Both the position numbers and the translations under genes were made by a program. Shown piece by piece: positions 1-6,196 of a stretch of DNA of 38,021 bases. Each line of letters begins with the position of its first letter. Position 1 is the stretch's first letter. Source of the stretch: an uncultured Candidatus Saccharibacteria bacterium (GTDB lineage Bacteria; Patescibacteriota; Minisyncoccia; UBA6257; UBA9933). The stretch is taken from assembly GCA_964563845.1 (NCBI GenBank), contig CAZLYJ010000001.1:1-38021 (forward strand). Reading direction: 5' to 3'. The notes under the pieces were generated by a model. That model searched no databases, had not been told where the DNA came from, and saw nothing but the letters and a program-made list of their open reading frames with translations.

Positions 1-54
1 TTAAAGATTGATAATGCTTGGTATCTGTTCGGCCTTTGATTATCAGATCGTCAA
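1..54. repeat. Terminal direct repeat, left copy (identical to 37968-38021)
   Basis: The 54-nt string ttaaagattgataatgcttggtatctgttcggcctttgattatcagatcgtcaa occurs verbatim at both ends of the window. Confidence 0.97.
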
Positions 55-130
55 TGGCGGAATTAACCGCGTCCAGCTTTTTTTTCAATTCATTCTCTTT
101 TTTTTGTTTTGGAGATTTTAAAATATACAT
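1..130 (-). CDS. Hypothetical 55-aa protein, 5' part of a junction-spanning ORF (continues 37967 -> stop at 37930)
   Basis: ATG at 130..128 on the minus strand. It is absent from the ORF track because it runs off position 1. Joined through the 54-nt overlap it reads MYILKSPKQKKENELKKKLDAVNSAIDDLIIKGRTDTKHYQSLIRLHKNLYVDFN. It stops 8 nt before the next minus-strand ATG (37921). Confidence 0.5.
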   Translation of the reverse strand, partial: MYILKSPKQKKENELKKKLDAVNSAIDDLIIKGRTDTKHYQSL

Positions 131-151
131 AGTTTTTTTTGTTTTTAGTTT

Positions 152-424
152 TTAATTTAACAATGAATGATAATTAAATTTCTCAAAACAATTTTCGCAA
201 ATATCTCTGACTTCTTCATTGCTTTTCATTTTATTCCCGACGCAACCGGCGATTATGCAGTCAAAGCAGAAATTATTTTCACATTCTTTGCATTTAGCCA
301 TTGGATTGCGATAAGTTTGTTTGGACTTGCACCTAAAACAAGTTTTTTTATTTTTTTTCAATCCCTCCCACCACGATGCCCTTTTTTCGCTTTGCGGGGT
401 GGCCGAAATAAGGTTTTCTGTCAT
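152..424 (-). CDS. Small Cys-rich zinc-binding protein (four CxxC pairs)
   Basis: 90-aa ORF containing CFRC, CKEC, CFDC and CENC. It sits in the tightly packed minus-strand early arm. Confidence 0.6.
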   Translation of the reverse strand: MTENLISATPQSEKRASWWEGLKKNKKTCFRCKSKQTYRNPMAKCKECENNFCFDCIIAGCVGNKMKSNEEVRDICENCFEKFNYHSLLN

Positions 425-552
425 AAGTGGCGTATACGTATTTTAAGTTTTTTATCTTTTAGCTAATCTTAGCCTTTTGCGATGAATAGGCTATCCGAGG
501 GTTCGTTGAGAGCAAATCGCGCCTTAACCTGTATATGCGATTTGTTCCTTCG

Positions 553-561
553 TTATCCACA
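553..561 (+). promoter_or_regulatory. Perfect DnaA box TTATCCACA
   Basis: Exact match to the 9-mer consensus. It lies in the 425-620 non-coding stretch, next to an 8-bp inverted repeat (513-520 / 537-544). Confidence 0.55.
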
Positions 562-620
562 GGTAGCTTTAACATCGTGCTATCAGTATAGCATACTGCT
601 GGCAGAATACAAGCCCTATA

Positions 621-776
621 TTATCGGGCTTTTTTGGCCTTTCCTGACTTATCCACAGCCTTATTTGTCCTTTTGGCCTCGCCGGACAATATACCCATTC
701 GCACGAAATGCGCCTTGCCGTACTTTTTCTGGACGGCCTTGCCGCCCATTCTCGCCACCTCATTGATTGTTTGCAT
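621..776 (-). CDS. 51-aa KGG/stress-protein-like small basic protein (not in the ORF track, <60 aa)
   Basis: ATG at 776..774 and TAA at 623..621. Translation: MQTINEVARMGGKAVQKKYGKAHFVRMGILSGEAKRTNKAVDKSGKAKKAR. The GGKA..KKYGK.HF..MG..GEAKR pattern resembles KGG-repeat small stress proteins. The start context is A-rich, as for other genes here. This ORF replaces the implausible overlapping track ORFs 482..766 (+) and 569..763 (-). Confidence 0.55.
   Translation of the reverse strand: MQTINEVARMGGKAVQKKYGKAHFVRMGILSGEAKRTNKAVDKSGKAKKAR
649..657 (+). promoter_or_regulatory. Perfect DnaA box TTATCCACA
   Basis: Exact consensus, same orientation as the 553 box and 96 bp from it. It lies inside the 51-aa ORF (codons AVDK). 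Confidence 0.5.
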
Positions 777-810
777 ATAGTTTTTTGTTTTTAAAATAAT
801 AACTGCTAAC

Positions 811-839
811 AGTTTAGCTTTTATTTTTTATTTTGTCAA
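811..839 (-). promoter_or_regulatory. Sigma70-type promoter (TTGACA-17-TAAACT)
   Basis: The minus strand reads ttgaca aaataaaaaataaaagc taaact, about 35 nt upstream of the ATG at 776. Confidence 0.45.
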
Positions 840-933
840 ACTCCCGCCTTTCTATGAACCGGCGCAACCGACAAATAATATTTTGCGGAACCCATTTTAT
901 TTTGAATAATATCCAAAAAAGTTTTTTGGTCAT
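817..933 (-). CDS. Hypothetical 38-aa basic peptide
   Basis: The ATG at 933 overlaps the stop of the upstream ORF as ATGA. Translation: MTKKLFWILFKIKWVPQNIICRLRRFIERREFDKIKNKS. The ORF is short, so the call is weak. Confidence 0.3.
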
Positions 934-1211
934 AATTGTTTTATGCAATGATCGCATTCAGGGTGTATTTTCGGAAGCAAATGGCGGGCGTGCGGATTCG
1001 ATTTGTTTTCTTCACGGAGACAATCTTTAATATTTTTATCAATATCGTTTATCGCTTCGTTGTTATTTTCCAAGTCGACAGTTTTTTTTGCTTTTTTCAG
1101 TTCGGCAAAACATTCTTGCAATTCAATTTTCAGTATTGCTTTTTGCCAGCGTGAATATTTTTTCAGGCAAGGCGGGCAAGTACAATTATTCTCATAGCCA
1201 ATATGTCTCAT
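930..1211 (-). CDS. Hypothetical Cys-containing protein (93 aa)
   Basis: The ORF has CTCPPC near the N-terminus and HPECDHC near the C-terminus. Its start overlaps the stop of the helicase-like gene. Confidence 0.55.
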   Translation of the reverse strand: MRHIGYENNCTCPPCLKKYSRWQKAILKIELQECFAELKKAKKTVDLENNNEAINDIDKNIKDCLREENKSNPHARHLLPKIHPECDHCIKQL

Positions 1212-2083
1212 AGTTGTTTTGTGAAATCAAGTTCTTTTAAATTCACTTCTTTTTTAGTTGCGGTTTCAATCGCTTTGCTTTGTTCTTCATTCATTTCAGA
1301 AGTTTCCCGCGTTTGAAAATCGTGCAAAGTAAAAATACTGCCCATATGCCCCCATTCGTGGCGATTTTTAATCAACTTGACATTCCCTTTGCCTTGTTCC
1401 CGATCAATAAGCGAAACAACCGCCGCCCAATCCGATAAGTCGCCGATTGATTTTGAATCTTTAATGTCCATAATGTCCGGATCGCCGGAGTTTTTCCGAG
1501 TATGAGCTGTAAGCATTAGGGCGATATTATGTTTTATGGTGATTGTTTTTAAAGTTTGAATGCAAAAACGAGTGGAAATATCCAAATTGGAAGAAAATAA
1601 AAGCGGAACGATAAAATCCAAATTATCCAGAAAAATAACTTTGGCGTTAAATTTGATTTTCGCTTCCACGATCCGATCTTCTAGCCACTTCAAGTTTTTG
1701 TGCGTGTATTGAGCGGGCATACAAAGTAAGTGCGTTTTTTGGGGAAATTGCGGAAAACGGCGAACGACCTGAATATTACCCATCTCAAAAGAGAAATAAC
1801 AAGTTTCAATTCCTTGCTCGCTTAGATTAACCGCTAGGGCAATCCCAAAAGTGGTTTTGCCATTATTAGTATTGCCCGTTAAAATAGCCAAGTCAGTTTC
1901 CTCAATTCCGCCGCCTAGTAAAAAATCAAATCGGTCAAATTTCGTTTTAATCATTATTGGGGGTTGCGCTTGGGCTTGCCGCAATAATTCTTCGTGTTCA
2001 ATTATTTGATCTTCGCCTTGATAGTCTAAAAGCCTTTTTTGCATTTCCAGCGAGGTCTCATTTTTTTGCGTTGAATTGTTCAT
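1208..2083 (-). CDS. DnaB-like (RecA-fold) replicative helicase ATPase domain protein
   Basis: Walker A in LGGGIEETDLAILTGNTNNGKTTFGIALAVN, followed by YFSFEM. Walker B-like VIFLDNLDF. The LMLTAHTRK segment also fits. This pattern is typical of the DnaB C-terminal domain. Confidence 0.75.
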   Translation of the reverse strand: MNNSTQKNETSLEMQKRLLDYQGEDQIIEHEELLRQAQAQPPIMIKTKFDRFDFLLGGGIEETDLAILTGNTNNGKTTFGIALAVNLSEQGIETCYFSFEMGNIQVVRRFPQFPQKTHLLCMPAQYTHKNLKWLEDRIVEAKIKFNAKVIFLDNLDFIVPLLFSSNLDISTRFCIQTLKTITIKHNIALMLTAHTRKNSGDPDIMDIKDSKSIGDLSDWAAVVSLIDREQGKGNVKLIKNRHEWGHMGSIFTLHDFQTRETSEMNEEQSKAIETATKKEVNLKELDFTKQL

Positions 2084-2816
2084 ATTTTTTTATCCAAGTT
2101 GATAATCTCTTTTTAACTTCAAAGGTTTTTTCGCCTTCCCAGCGTTCCGCTTTACCGGACTTTGTTTTTTCCGTCCAATAATCAATAAATTTATTTACTT
2201 CGTTTTTCGCGGTTTCTTGATTAAATCCGTGGGAGAAAAGATATTCAACGACTTTTTGCTGTTTTTCCGTGTTTCCGCAAAAGTCCCTCATTTCTTCCGC
2301 CGGCGTCAACGATCCGTTTCCTTTAAGGGGCGGGTGGGGAGATTTATCTCCCTCACTCACTATTTCTTTTACTTTCTTTTCCTTTATAGCATTGCCATCG
2401 CATTGCGTTCGCATTGCGTTCGCATTATTCCACCTAACCTTAGCAGAATTTCTTGCGCTTTTAGATTTATTTCTTCGTTCGTTTAGTCGTCGTAAAACAG
2501 CATCAGACCAAAACATTTTTTCATCATATTGAAATAACTCAAAGTCAAAAACTATTGATTTTATTAACTTTTCCTCAACTCTTAATGCGTTCGCAATGCG
2601 ACCCATATGCGACAGCAATGCGTACCCATTTTCTTCGTATAACATTTCAATTATGCACCAAAAAATTCCAATACCCGCAACTCCGACTTCACCCAGAAGC
2701 ACTGATTCTAATTTAAGATCGTGGCGGGCGTGATAATCGTGTTGAAAATAATAAGTTTCTTTCATATCATTAAACACAAAACGCTGATAACTGCCTCCTA
2801 TCGGTCTTGACGGCAT
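2058..2816 (-). CDS. Phage replication organiser, DUF4373 (Lin1244/Lin1753-like) N-terminal domain
   Basis: The N-terminal motif is YYFQHDYHARHDLKLESVL...GIGIFWCIIEMLYEENGY. The gene lies directly upstream of the helicase-like gene. The true start may be the internal ATG at 2765 (MKETYYFQHD). Confidence 0.6.
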   Translation of the reverse strand: MPSRPIGGSYQRFVFNDMKETYYFQHDYHARHDLKLESVLLGEVGVAGIGIFWCIIEMLYEENGYALLSHMGRIANALRVEEKLIKSIVFDFELFQYDEKMFWSDAVLRRLNERRNKSKSARNSAKVRWNNANAMRTQCDGNAIKEKKVKEIVSEGDKSPHPPLKGNGSLTPAEEMRDFCGNTEKQQKVVEYLFSHGFNQETAKNEVNKFIDYWTEKTKSGKAERWEGEKTFEVKKRLSTWIKKYEQFNAKK

Positions 2817-2899
2817 TTCTGCCCCGATATTTAGCGATTATCAGCGTTCTATTTTTAATGGCCGTCAAGAATTTTGGCATAAAAATTTATTTCATAATC

Positions 2900-2928
2900 A
2901 GTTTAGCATAAATTTTTGTTTATGTCAA
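2900..2928 (-). promoter_or_regulatory. Sigma70-type promoter (TTGACA-17-TAAACT)
   Basis: The minus strand reads ttgaca taaacaaaaatttatgc taaact, upstream of the replication genes. It has the same architecture as the promoter at 811-839. Confidence 0.45.
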
Positions 2929-3306
2929 TGGATTTTTTACTATAATGATTTTGATAATAAATCCTCGCATATTCTTTGTGTTTAGTATAATTTTTAGTAT
3001 AATTTTTTTTTCATAACACGATGAACAAAATCCTTTTCCTCTATGTTTATTATTTGTCTTTTTACATATTACACACTGATTATACTTTATTGCCCAAGTA
3101 GTTATTTTTTTAGCCCCTCTTTTGTTTTTTTCTAATGAATAATGGCATTTGGCGCAAACTAACATTAAATTCTCTAAATCATTGTTTTGTTTAGAAATAG
3201 GCAAGCTTGAACCTTGTCCGTCTATATGATGAATATGCATTTTTTCTTTTTTTAAAAAACAAACGCCACACTTATTTTGATATTTTTTAATCACTTTATC
3301 TCTCAT
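2920..3306 (-). CDS. HNH endonuclease with extra C-terminal zinc ribbon
   Basis: The HNH region reads CGVCF...HIHHIDG...NDLENLMLVCAKCH. A downstream CVIC...CSSC zinc ribbon follows. The start overlaps the upstream ORF stop as ATGA. Confidence 0.75.
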   Translation of the reverse strand: MRDKVIKKYQNKCGVCFLKKEKMHIHHIDGQGSSLPISKQNNDLENLMLVCAKCHYSLEKNKRGAKKITTWAIKYNQCVICKKTNNKHRGKGFCSSCYEKKIILKIILNTKNMRGFIIKIIIVKNPLT

Positions 3307-3431
3307 TCCGCCATATATGCGTGATTGGCGCCATAAAGGGTTTTTTTATAAAAATATTTAACATAACAAGCACTGCAACGCTTGCTGTTTGGCGTATGGC
3401 CTTCTCGTTTTTGACAATCAATACAAATCAT
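3303..3431 (-). CDS. 42-aa zinc-ribbon protein, probably translated from a leaderless mRNA
   Basis: Translation: MICIDCQKREGHTPNSKRCSACYVKYFYKKTLYGANHAYMAE. The track ORF (3303..3557) is trimmed to Met43 because its first 42 codons overlie promoter hexamers and DnaA boxes. Confidence 0.5.
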   Translation of the reverse strand: MICIDCQKREGHTPNSKRCSACYVKYFYKKTLYGANHAYMAE

Positions 3432-3437
3432 ATTTAT

Positions 3438-3466
3438 ATAATATATGTTATAATGGAAGATGTCAA
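3438..3466 (-). promoter_or_regulatory. Early leftward promoter (TTGACA-17-TATTAT), 6 nt from the ATG
   Basis: The minus strand reads ttgaca tcttccattataacata tattat ataaat ATG. A second weaker TTGACT-17-TAGACT lies just upstream at 3494..3466. Confidence 0.55.
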
Positions 3467-3522
3467 GTCTATTTTCTAAAAAAGATAAAGTCAAGGGGGG
3501 TGTTATACCCATTTTCGCCAAG

Positions 3523-3543
3523 TTATCCATAAAGTTATCCACA
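3523..3543 (+). promoter_or_regulatory. Tandem DnaA boxes (TTATCCATA and perfect TTATCCACA)
   Basis: ttatccata at 3523-3531 and ttatccaca at 3535-3543. They lie between the divergent promoters, 2 nt upstream of the rightward -35. Confidence 0.5.
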
Positions 3544-3545
3544 AC

Positions 3546-3573
3546 TTGACAAAGCAAAAATAAGGTTTATAAT
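3546..3573 (+). promoter_or_regulatory. Rightward promoter with perfect consensus hexamers (TTGACA-16-TATAAT)
   Basis: ttgaca aagcaaaaataaggtt tataat, followed by 8 nt and then the ATG at 3582. Confidence 0.65.
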
Positions 3574-3581
3574 AATATTAT

Positions 3582-3626
3582 ATGGCTAAAAAAGTAAAAA
3601 AATCCAATAAAAAAGCGAAGAAATAG
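3582..3626 (+). other. 14-codon Lys-rich mini-ORF (MAKKVKKSNKKAKK) inside a short promoter-to-terminator unit
   Basis: The ATG is 8 nt after the -10 hexamer. The stop codon abuts the terminator stem. It is unclear whether the unit is translated or is simply a short RNA. Confidence 0.3.
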
Positions 3627-3657
3627 GCGATCTTATTAAGATTGCTTTTTTTATTTT
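3627..3657 (+). terminator. Rho-independent terminator
   Basis: Stem gcgatctt / aagattgc (8 bp, one G-U pair) with loop att, followed by ttttttt a ttttt. Confidence 0.7.
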
Positions 3658-3703
3658 TAAAAGATGTTTAGTGATAAACAGTTTCTCGGTTAATAATCAC
3701 CGG

Positions 3704-3724
3704 AAGACGCAATAAGCGTCTTTT
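3704..3724 (+). terminator. Second hairpin (weak terminator or attenuator)
   Basis: Stem aagacgc / gcgtctt with loop aataa, followed by only a short T run. Confidence 0.3.
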
Positions 3725-3740
3725 AGAAATAAAAAACAAT

Positions 3741-4058
3741 ATGAGCGAAGAAGAAATGGAAAAATATCTAAAAAATTTAAAAATCAGTTTTTTAGAGAGT
3801 GATATTATTAAAGAAAGAATGAAATTCCGGCAATTTGGATTCATCAAGATAATGCGCCCTGATTGGATGATAATGGAAATAAAAATGTATTTTAAATATT
3901 CTTTTTTAAAAAGAGTAAGATATGCCGCGCAAATACGAATTGTTTTAATTCTAAGATTTTTCAGAGATTTAAAAATTAAAGTGCGATATTGGCGGAAATA
4001 CGGAGAATGGCTTCCCAAATCGCAAAGAAATGTGAATAATAACTATGGCGGAAAATAG
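3741..4058 (+). CDS. Hypothetical protein (105 aa), first gene of the rightward arm
   Basis: The start context aaaaacaatATG matches other plus-arm genes. The sequence is charged and low in complexity. It competes with the antisense ORF 3668..4018. Confidence 0.35.
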   Translation: MSEEEMEKYLKNLKISFLESDIIKERMKFRQFGFIKIMRPDWMIMEIKMYFKYSFLKRVRYAAQIRIVLILRFFRDLKIKVRYWRKYGEWLPKSQRNVNNNYGGK

Positions 4059-4072
4059 GAATAAAAAATAAT

Positions 4073-4357
4073 ATGGAAGCGGTCAACGCAACAGCGGAAA
4101 TTCCCATTAAATATCAAATGGAAAGGATTGAGCCGATTAAGATTGATGTTGAGTTCATTCGGCACCCCAATACGAATGAGATAATTATATTAGCCAGAAA
4201 GATAAACGAGATCGTGGAAAAAATAAACAATATGGCAGAAATTCCAGAAAGAAAAAAAGTAGAGGTAATAAATAAGAAATTGTATGTCGGAGGAAAATCA
4301 GTTGAAAAGACCACTCAAGATTATTTTTATAACCCACAGAAAATGGCAGATCAATAA
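4073..4357 (+). CDS. Hypothetical protein (94 aa)
   Basis: Track ORF, co-oriented and tightly spaced with the terminase genes. Confidence 0.5.
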   Translation: MEAVNATAEIPIKYQMERIEPIKIDVEFIRHPNTNEIIILARKINEIVEKINNMAEIPERKKVEVINKKLYVGGKSVEKTTQDYFYNPQKMADQ

Positions 4358-4362
4358 ATAAT

Positions 4363-4647
4363 ATGGCTAAATCAGGCGGAACTTGGAAAAAAGGACAAAG
4401 CGGAAACCCGAAAGGGAAACAAAAAGATCCGGCCTTGGAAGAAGCAAGGCGTTTAATCGCTGACGCCGGTTTATTGTCATTTGCGATACAAAGAGCAAAA
4501 AAGAGCGACCAAGTTTTAATTGCTTTACTGAAAAAGGCCTATCCGGATTTATCCAGCACAGAATTGAAAAGCGCGGCCGAGGGATTTAAACTGATAGTGG
4601 AACAAGGCGGTTACGCTGTAACGAAGAGTGAGACAGACATAACTTAA
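4363..4647 (+). CDS. Putative terminase small subunit (DUF5681-like N-terminus)
   Basis: The KKGQSGNPKGK motif is near the N-terminus. The gene lies directly upstream of the large terminase. Confidence 0.5.
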   Translation: MAKSGGTWKKGQSGNPKGKQKDPALEEARRLIADAGLLSFAIQRAKKSDQVLIALLKKAYPDLSSTELKSAAEGFKLIVEQGGYAVTKSETDIT

Positions 4648-4652
4648 AAAAT

Positions 4653-6014
4653 GTGAAAGAAATAAAATTTGATGATGTTTGTAATTTTTTTGACAAGCAA
4701 AGAGAAGCTTCAGAGATAGCGGACAAGTTCAAGTATGTTTTATACGGAGGTTCAGTCGGTGGCGGAAAATCCCGATGGCTGAGATGGTACCCGCTTAGAT
4801 ATTTGCTTATTCAGTATAGTTTAACGGAAATCAAAGGAATTAGAGCTGGTCTATTTTGCGAGGATTATCCCGCGCTTCACGATAGGCATATAGCCAGAAT
4901 ACAGTGGGAGTTTCCGGAGTGGCTGGGCAATTACAATAAAACCTCAAAGGAATTTATTTTAAAAGCAGAATGGGGATCGGGAGTTTTATCGCTTAGAAAC
5001 TTAGACGATGTATCACATTACCAGAGCGCGGAATTTGCCCTTGTTGCGGTAGATGAGCTGACGAAAAATAAGAAAGACACCTTTGATTTTCTTAGAACGC
5101 GTATGAGGTGGCCGGGCATATCGGATGTCCGCTTTATTGCCGGCAGTAATCCGGGAGGCATAGGACACTTTTGGGTTAAACAATTATGGATGGATAAGGT
5201 TTATGAACCGACCGAAAAAGAAAAAGACCAATTTAAATTTGTATCAAGCAGGGTTGTTGATAATCCGTATCTGGACAAAAGCTACACTGTCGCCTTAGAG
5301 GGCTTGCCGGAGAATTTAAGAAAAGCTTTTTTGGACGGAAATTGGGATGTATTTCAGGGACAATTTTTTACCGAGTGGGATAGAAATATACACACCATGC
5401 CCGCATTTGCGATACCGAGAGACTGGAAAAGATATAGAGCCATAGACCACGGCGGAGACATATCACCGACATCTTGTTTATGGTTTGCGGTTGATTATGA
5501 TAAAAGAGTCTATTGTTATCGGGAGTATCACGCCATAGATAAATTAGCCACTAATCACGCAAAAAGAATAAAGGAGTTAAGCGGAGACGAAACAATAAGC
5601 GCTACTTACGCCGATCCGTCAATGTGGATTAAGAGCAGTACCGATGGCCGCGCAGTCTCTGACTTATATGCCAGCGAGGGCGTAAATCTGGATAGAGCCA
5701 ATAATGACAGGATTAACGGGTGGATGGTTGTGCGGGAATTTTTTGCCAAAAAAGAGGGAATGACGGCTCCTCGTTTACAAATATTTGAGAACTGTTATAA
5801 TTTAATTAGAACAATACCGCTGCAGATTCACGACGAGAAAAAAGCTGAAGATTTGGATACAACCGGAGACGATCACGATGTTGATGCTTTAAGATATTTC
5901 TTGGCTTCTTGGTTTGGCTGGCCGAGAATGAAAAATAAACAGCCGGAACCCGGCTCCTTTGAATGGGAAATGGAACAAAACAGGAAAAGAAGAGAAGCCA
6001 AAGAATATGAATAA
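4653..6014 (+). CDS. terL: Terminase large subunit
   Basis: Walker A LYGGSVGGGKS and Walker B LVAVDELT. Nuclease-domain acidic residues IDHGGD. C-terminal GDDHDVDALRY motif. The start is GTG at 4653, embedded in atgtga (an ATG-TGA start-stop pair sits one frame over). Confidence 0.9.
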   Translation: MKEIKFDDVCNFFDKQREASEIADKFKYVLYGGSVGGGKSRWLRWYPLRYLLIQYSLTEIKGIRAGLFCEDYPALHDRHIARIQWEFPEWLGNYNKTSKEFILKAEWGSGVLSLRNLDDVSHYQSAEFALVAVDELTKNKKDTFDFLRTRMRWPGISDVRFIAGSNPGGIGHFWVKQLWMDKVYEPTEKEKDQFKFVSSRVVDNPYLDKSYTVALEGLPENLRKAFLDGNWDVFQGQFFTEWDRNIHTMPAFAIPRDWKRYRAIDHGGDISPTSCLWFAVDYDKRVYCYREYHAIDKLATNHAKRIKELSGDETISATYADPSMWIKSSTDGRAVSDLYASEGVNLDRANNDRINGWMVVREFFAKKEGMTAPRLQIFENCYNLIRTIPLQIHDEKKAEDLDTTGDDHDVDALRYFLASWFGWPRMKNKQPEPGSFEWEMEQNRKRREAKEYE

Positions 6015-6189
6015 GGTTAAAATATATTATGTGCGATGGCTGGAGAATGATGCTTTTTTTCTTTCCTTAGAATCTGCAAACCAACATATACGAGAAAGAA
6101 TAAGTATGGAAAAATGGGATGTTTTTGAAAGGAAAAGAAAAGTAAAAATATTCGCGTTTGAAGCGGAAGAATTGAAAGAATATGAATAA
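6007..6189 (+). CDS. Hypothetical 60-aa protein inserted between terminase and portal
   Basis: The track ORF is trimmed to the ATG at 6007 (MNKVKIYYVRW...). It is flanked by a perfect 15-nt direct repeat aaagaatatgaataa (6000-6014 and 6175-6189). Confidence 0.45.
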   Translation: MNKVKIYYVRWLENDAFFLSLESANQHIRERISMEKWDVFERKRKVKIFAFEAEELKEYE

Positions 6190-6196
6190 ATAAATT

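Noticed and set aside
1-54. Treating the 54-nt end repeat as a biological repeat family or a transposon terminal repeat
   Set aside because: It is a direct rather than inverted repeat. It sits exactly at the window ends, and the junction restores an ORF. The simplest reading is an overlap from circular assembly or terminal redundancy.
611-636. Hairpin plus T6 as a conventional terminator
   Set aside because: The T-run follows the hairpin only on the plus strand, and all genes here are on the minus strand. It may block antisense transcription or belong to the origin-like region, so it is described in a finding rather than called as a terminator.
482-766. Track ORFs 482..766 (+, 94 aa) and 569..763 (-, 64 aa)
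   Set aside because: The two ORFs overlap each other and have odd Pro/Arg/Cys-rich compositions. They span hairpins, DnaA boxes and inverted repeats. A third frame (621..776, minus) gives a far more protein-like product with its own promoter, and the rest of the stretch looks non-coding.
3432-3557. N-terminal 42 codons of track ORF 3303..3557
   Set aside because: This part consists of the two promoter-like elements and the DnaA boxes read as codons (VVDNFMDNL is the reverse strand of the DnaA boxes). The Cys4 domain starts at Met43, exactly 6 nt after a -10 hexamer.
3668-4018. Minus-strand 116-aa ORF antisense to 3741..4058
   Set aside because: The sequence is low-complexity and Ile/Leu/Ser/Phe-rich, typical of a shadow frame in AT-rich DNA. 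It lies on the wrong side of the divergent promoters to be transcribed with the minus arm. The plus-strand call here is itself only tentative.
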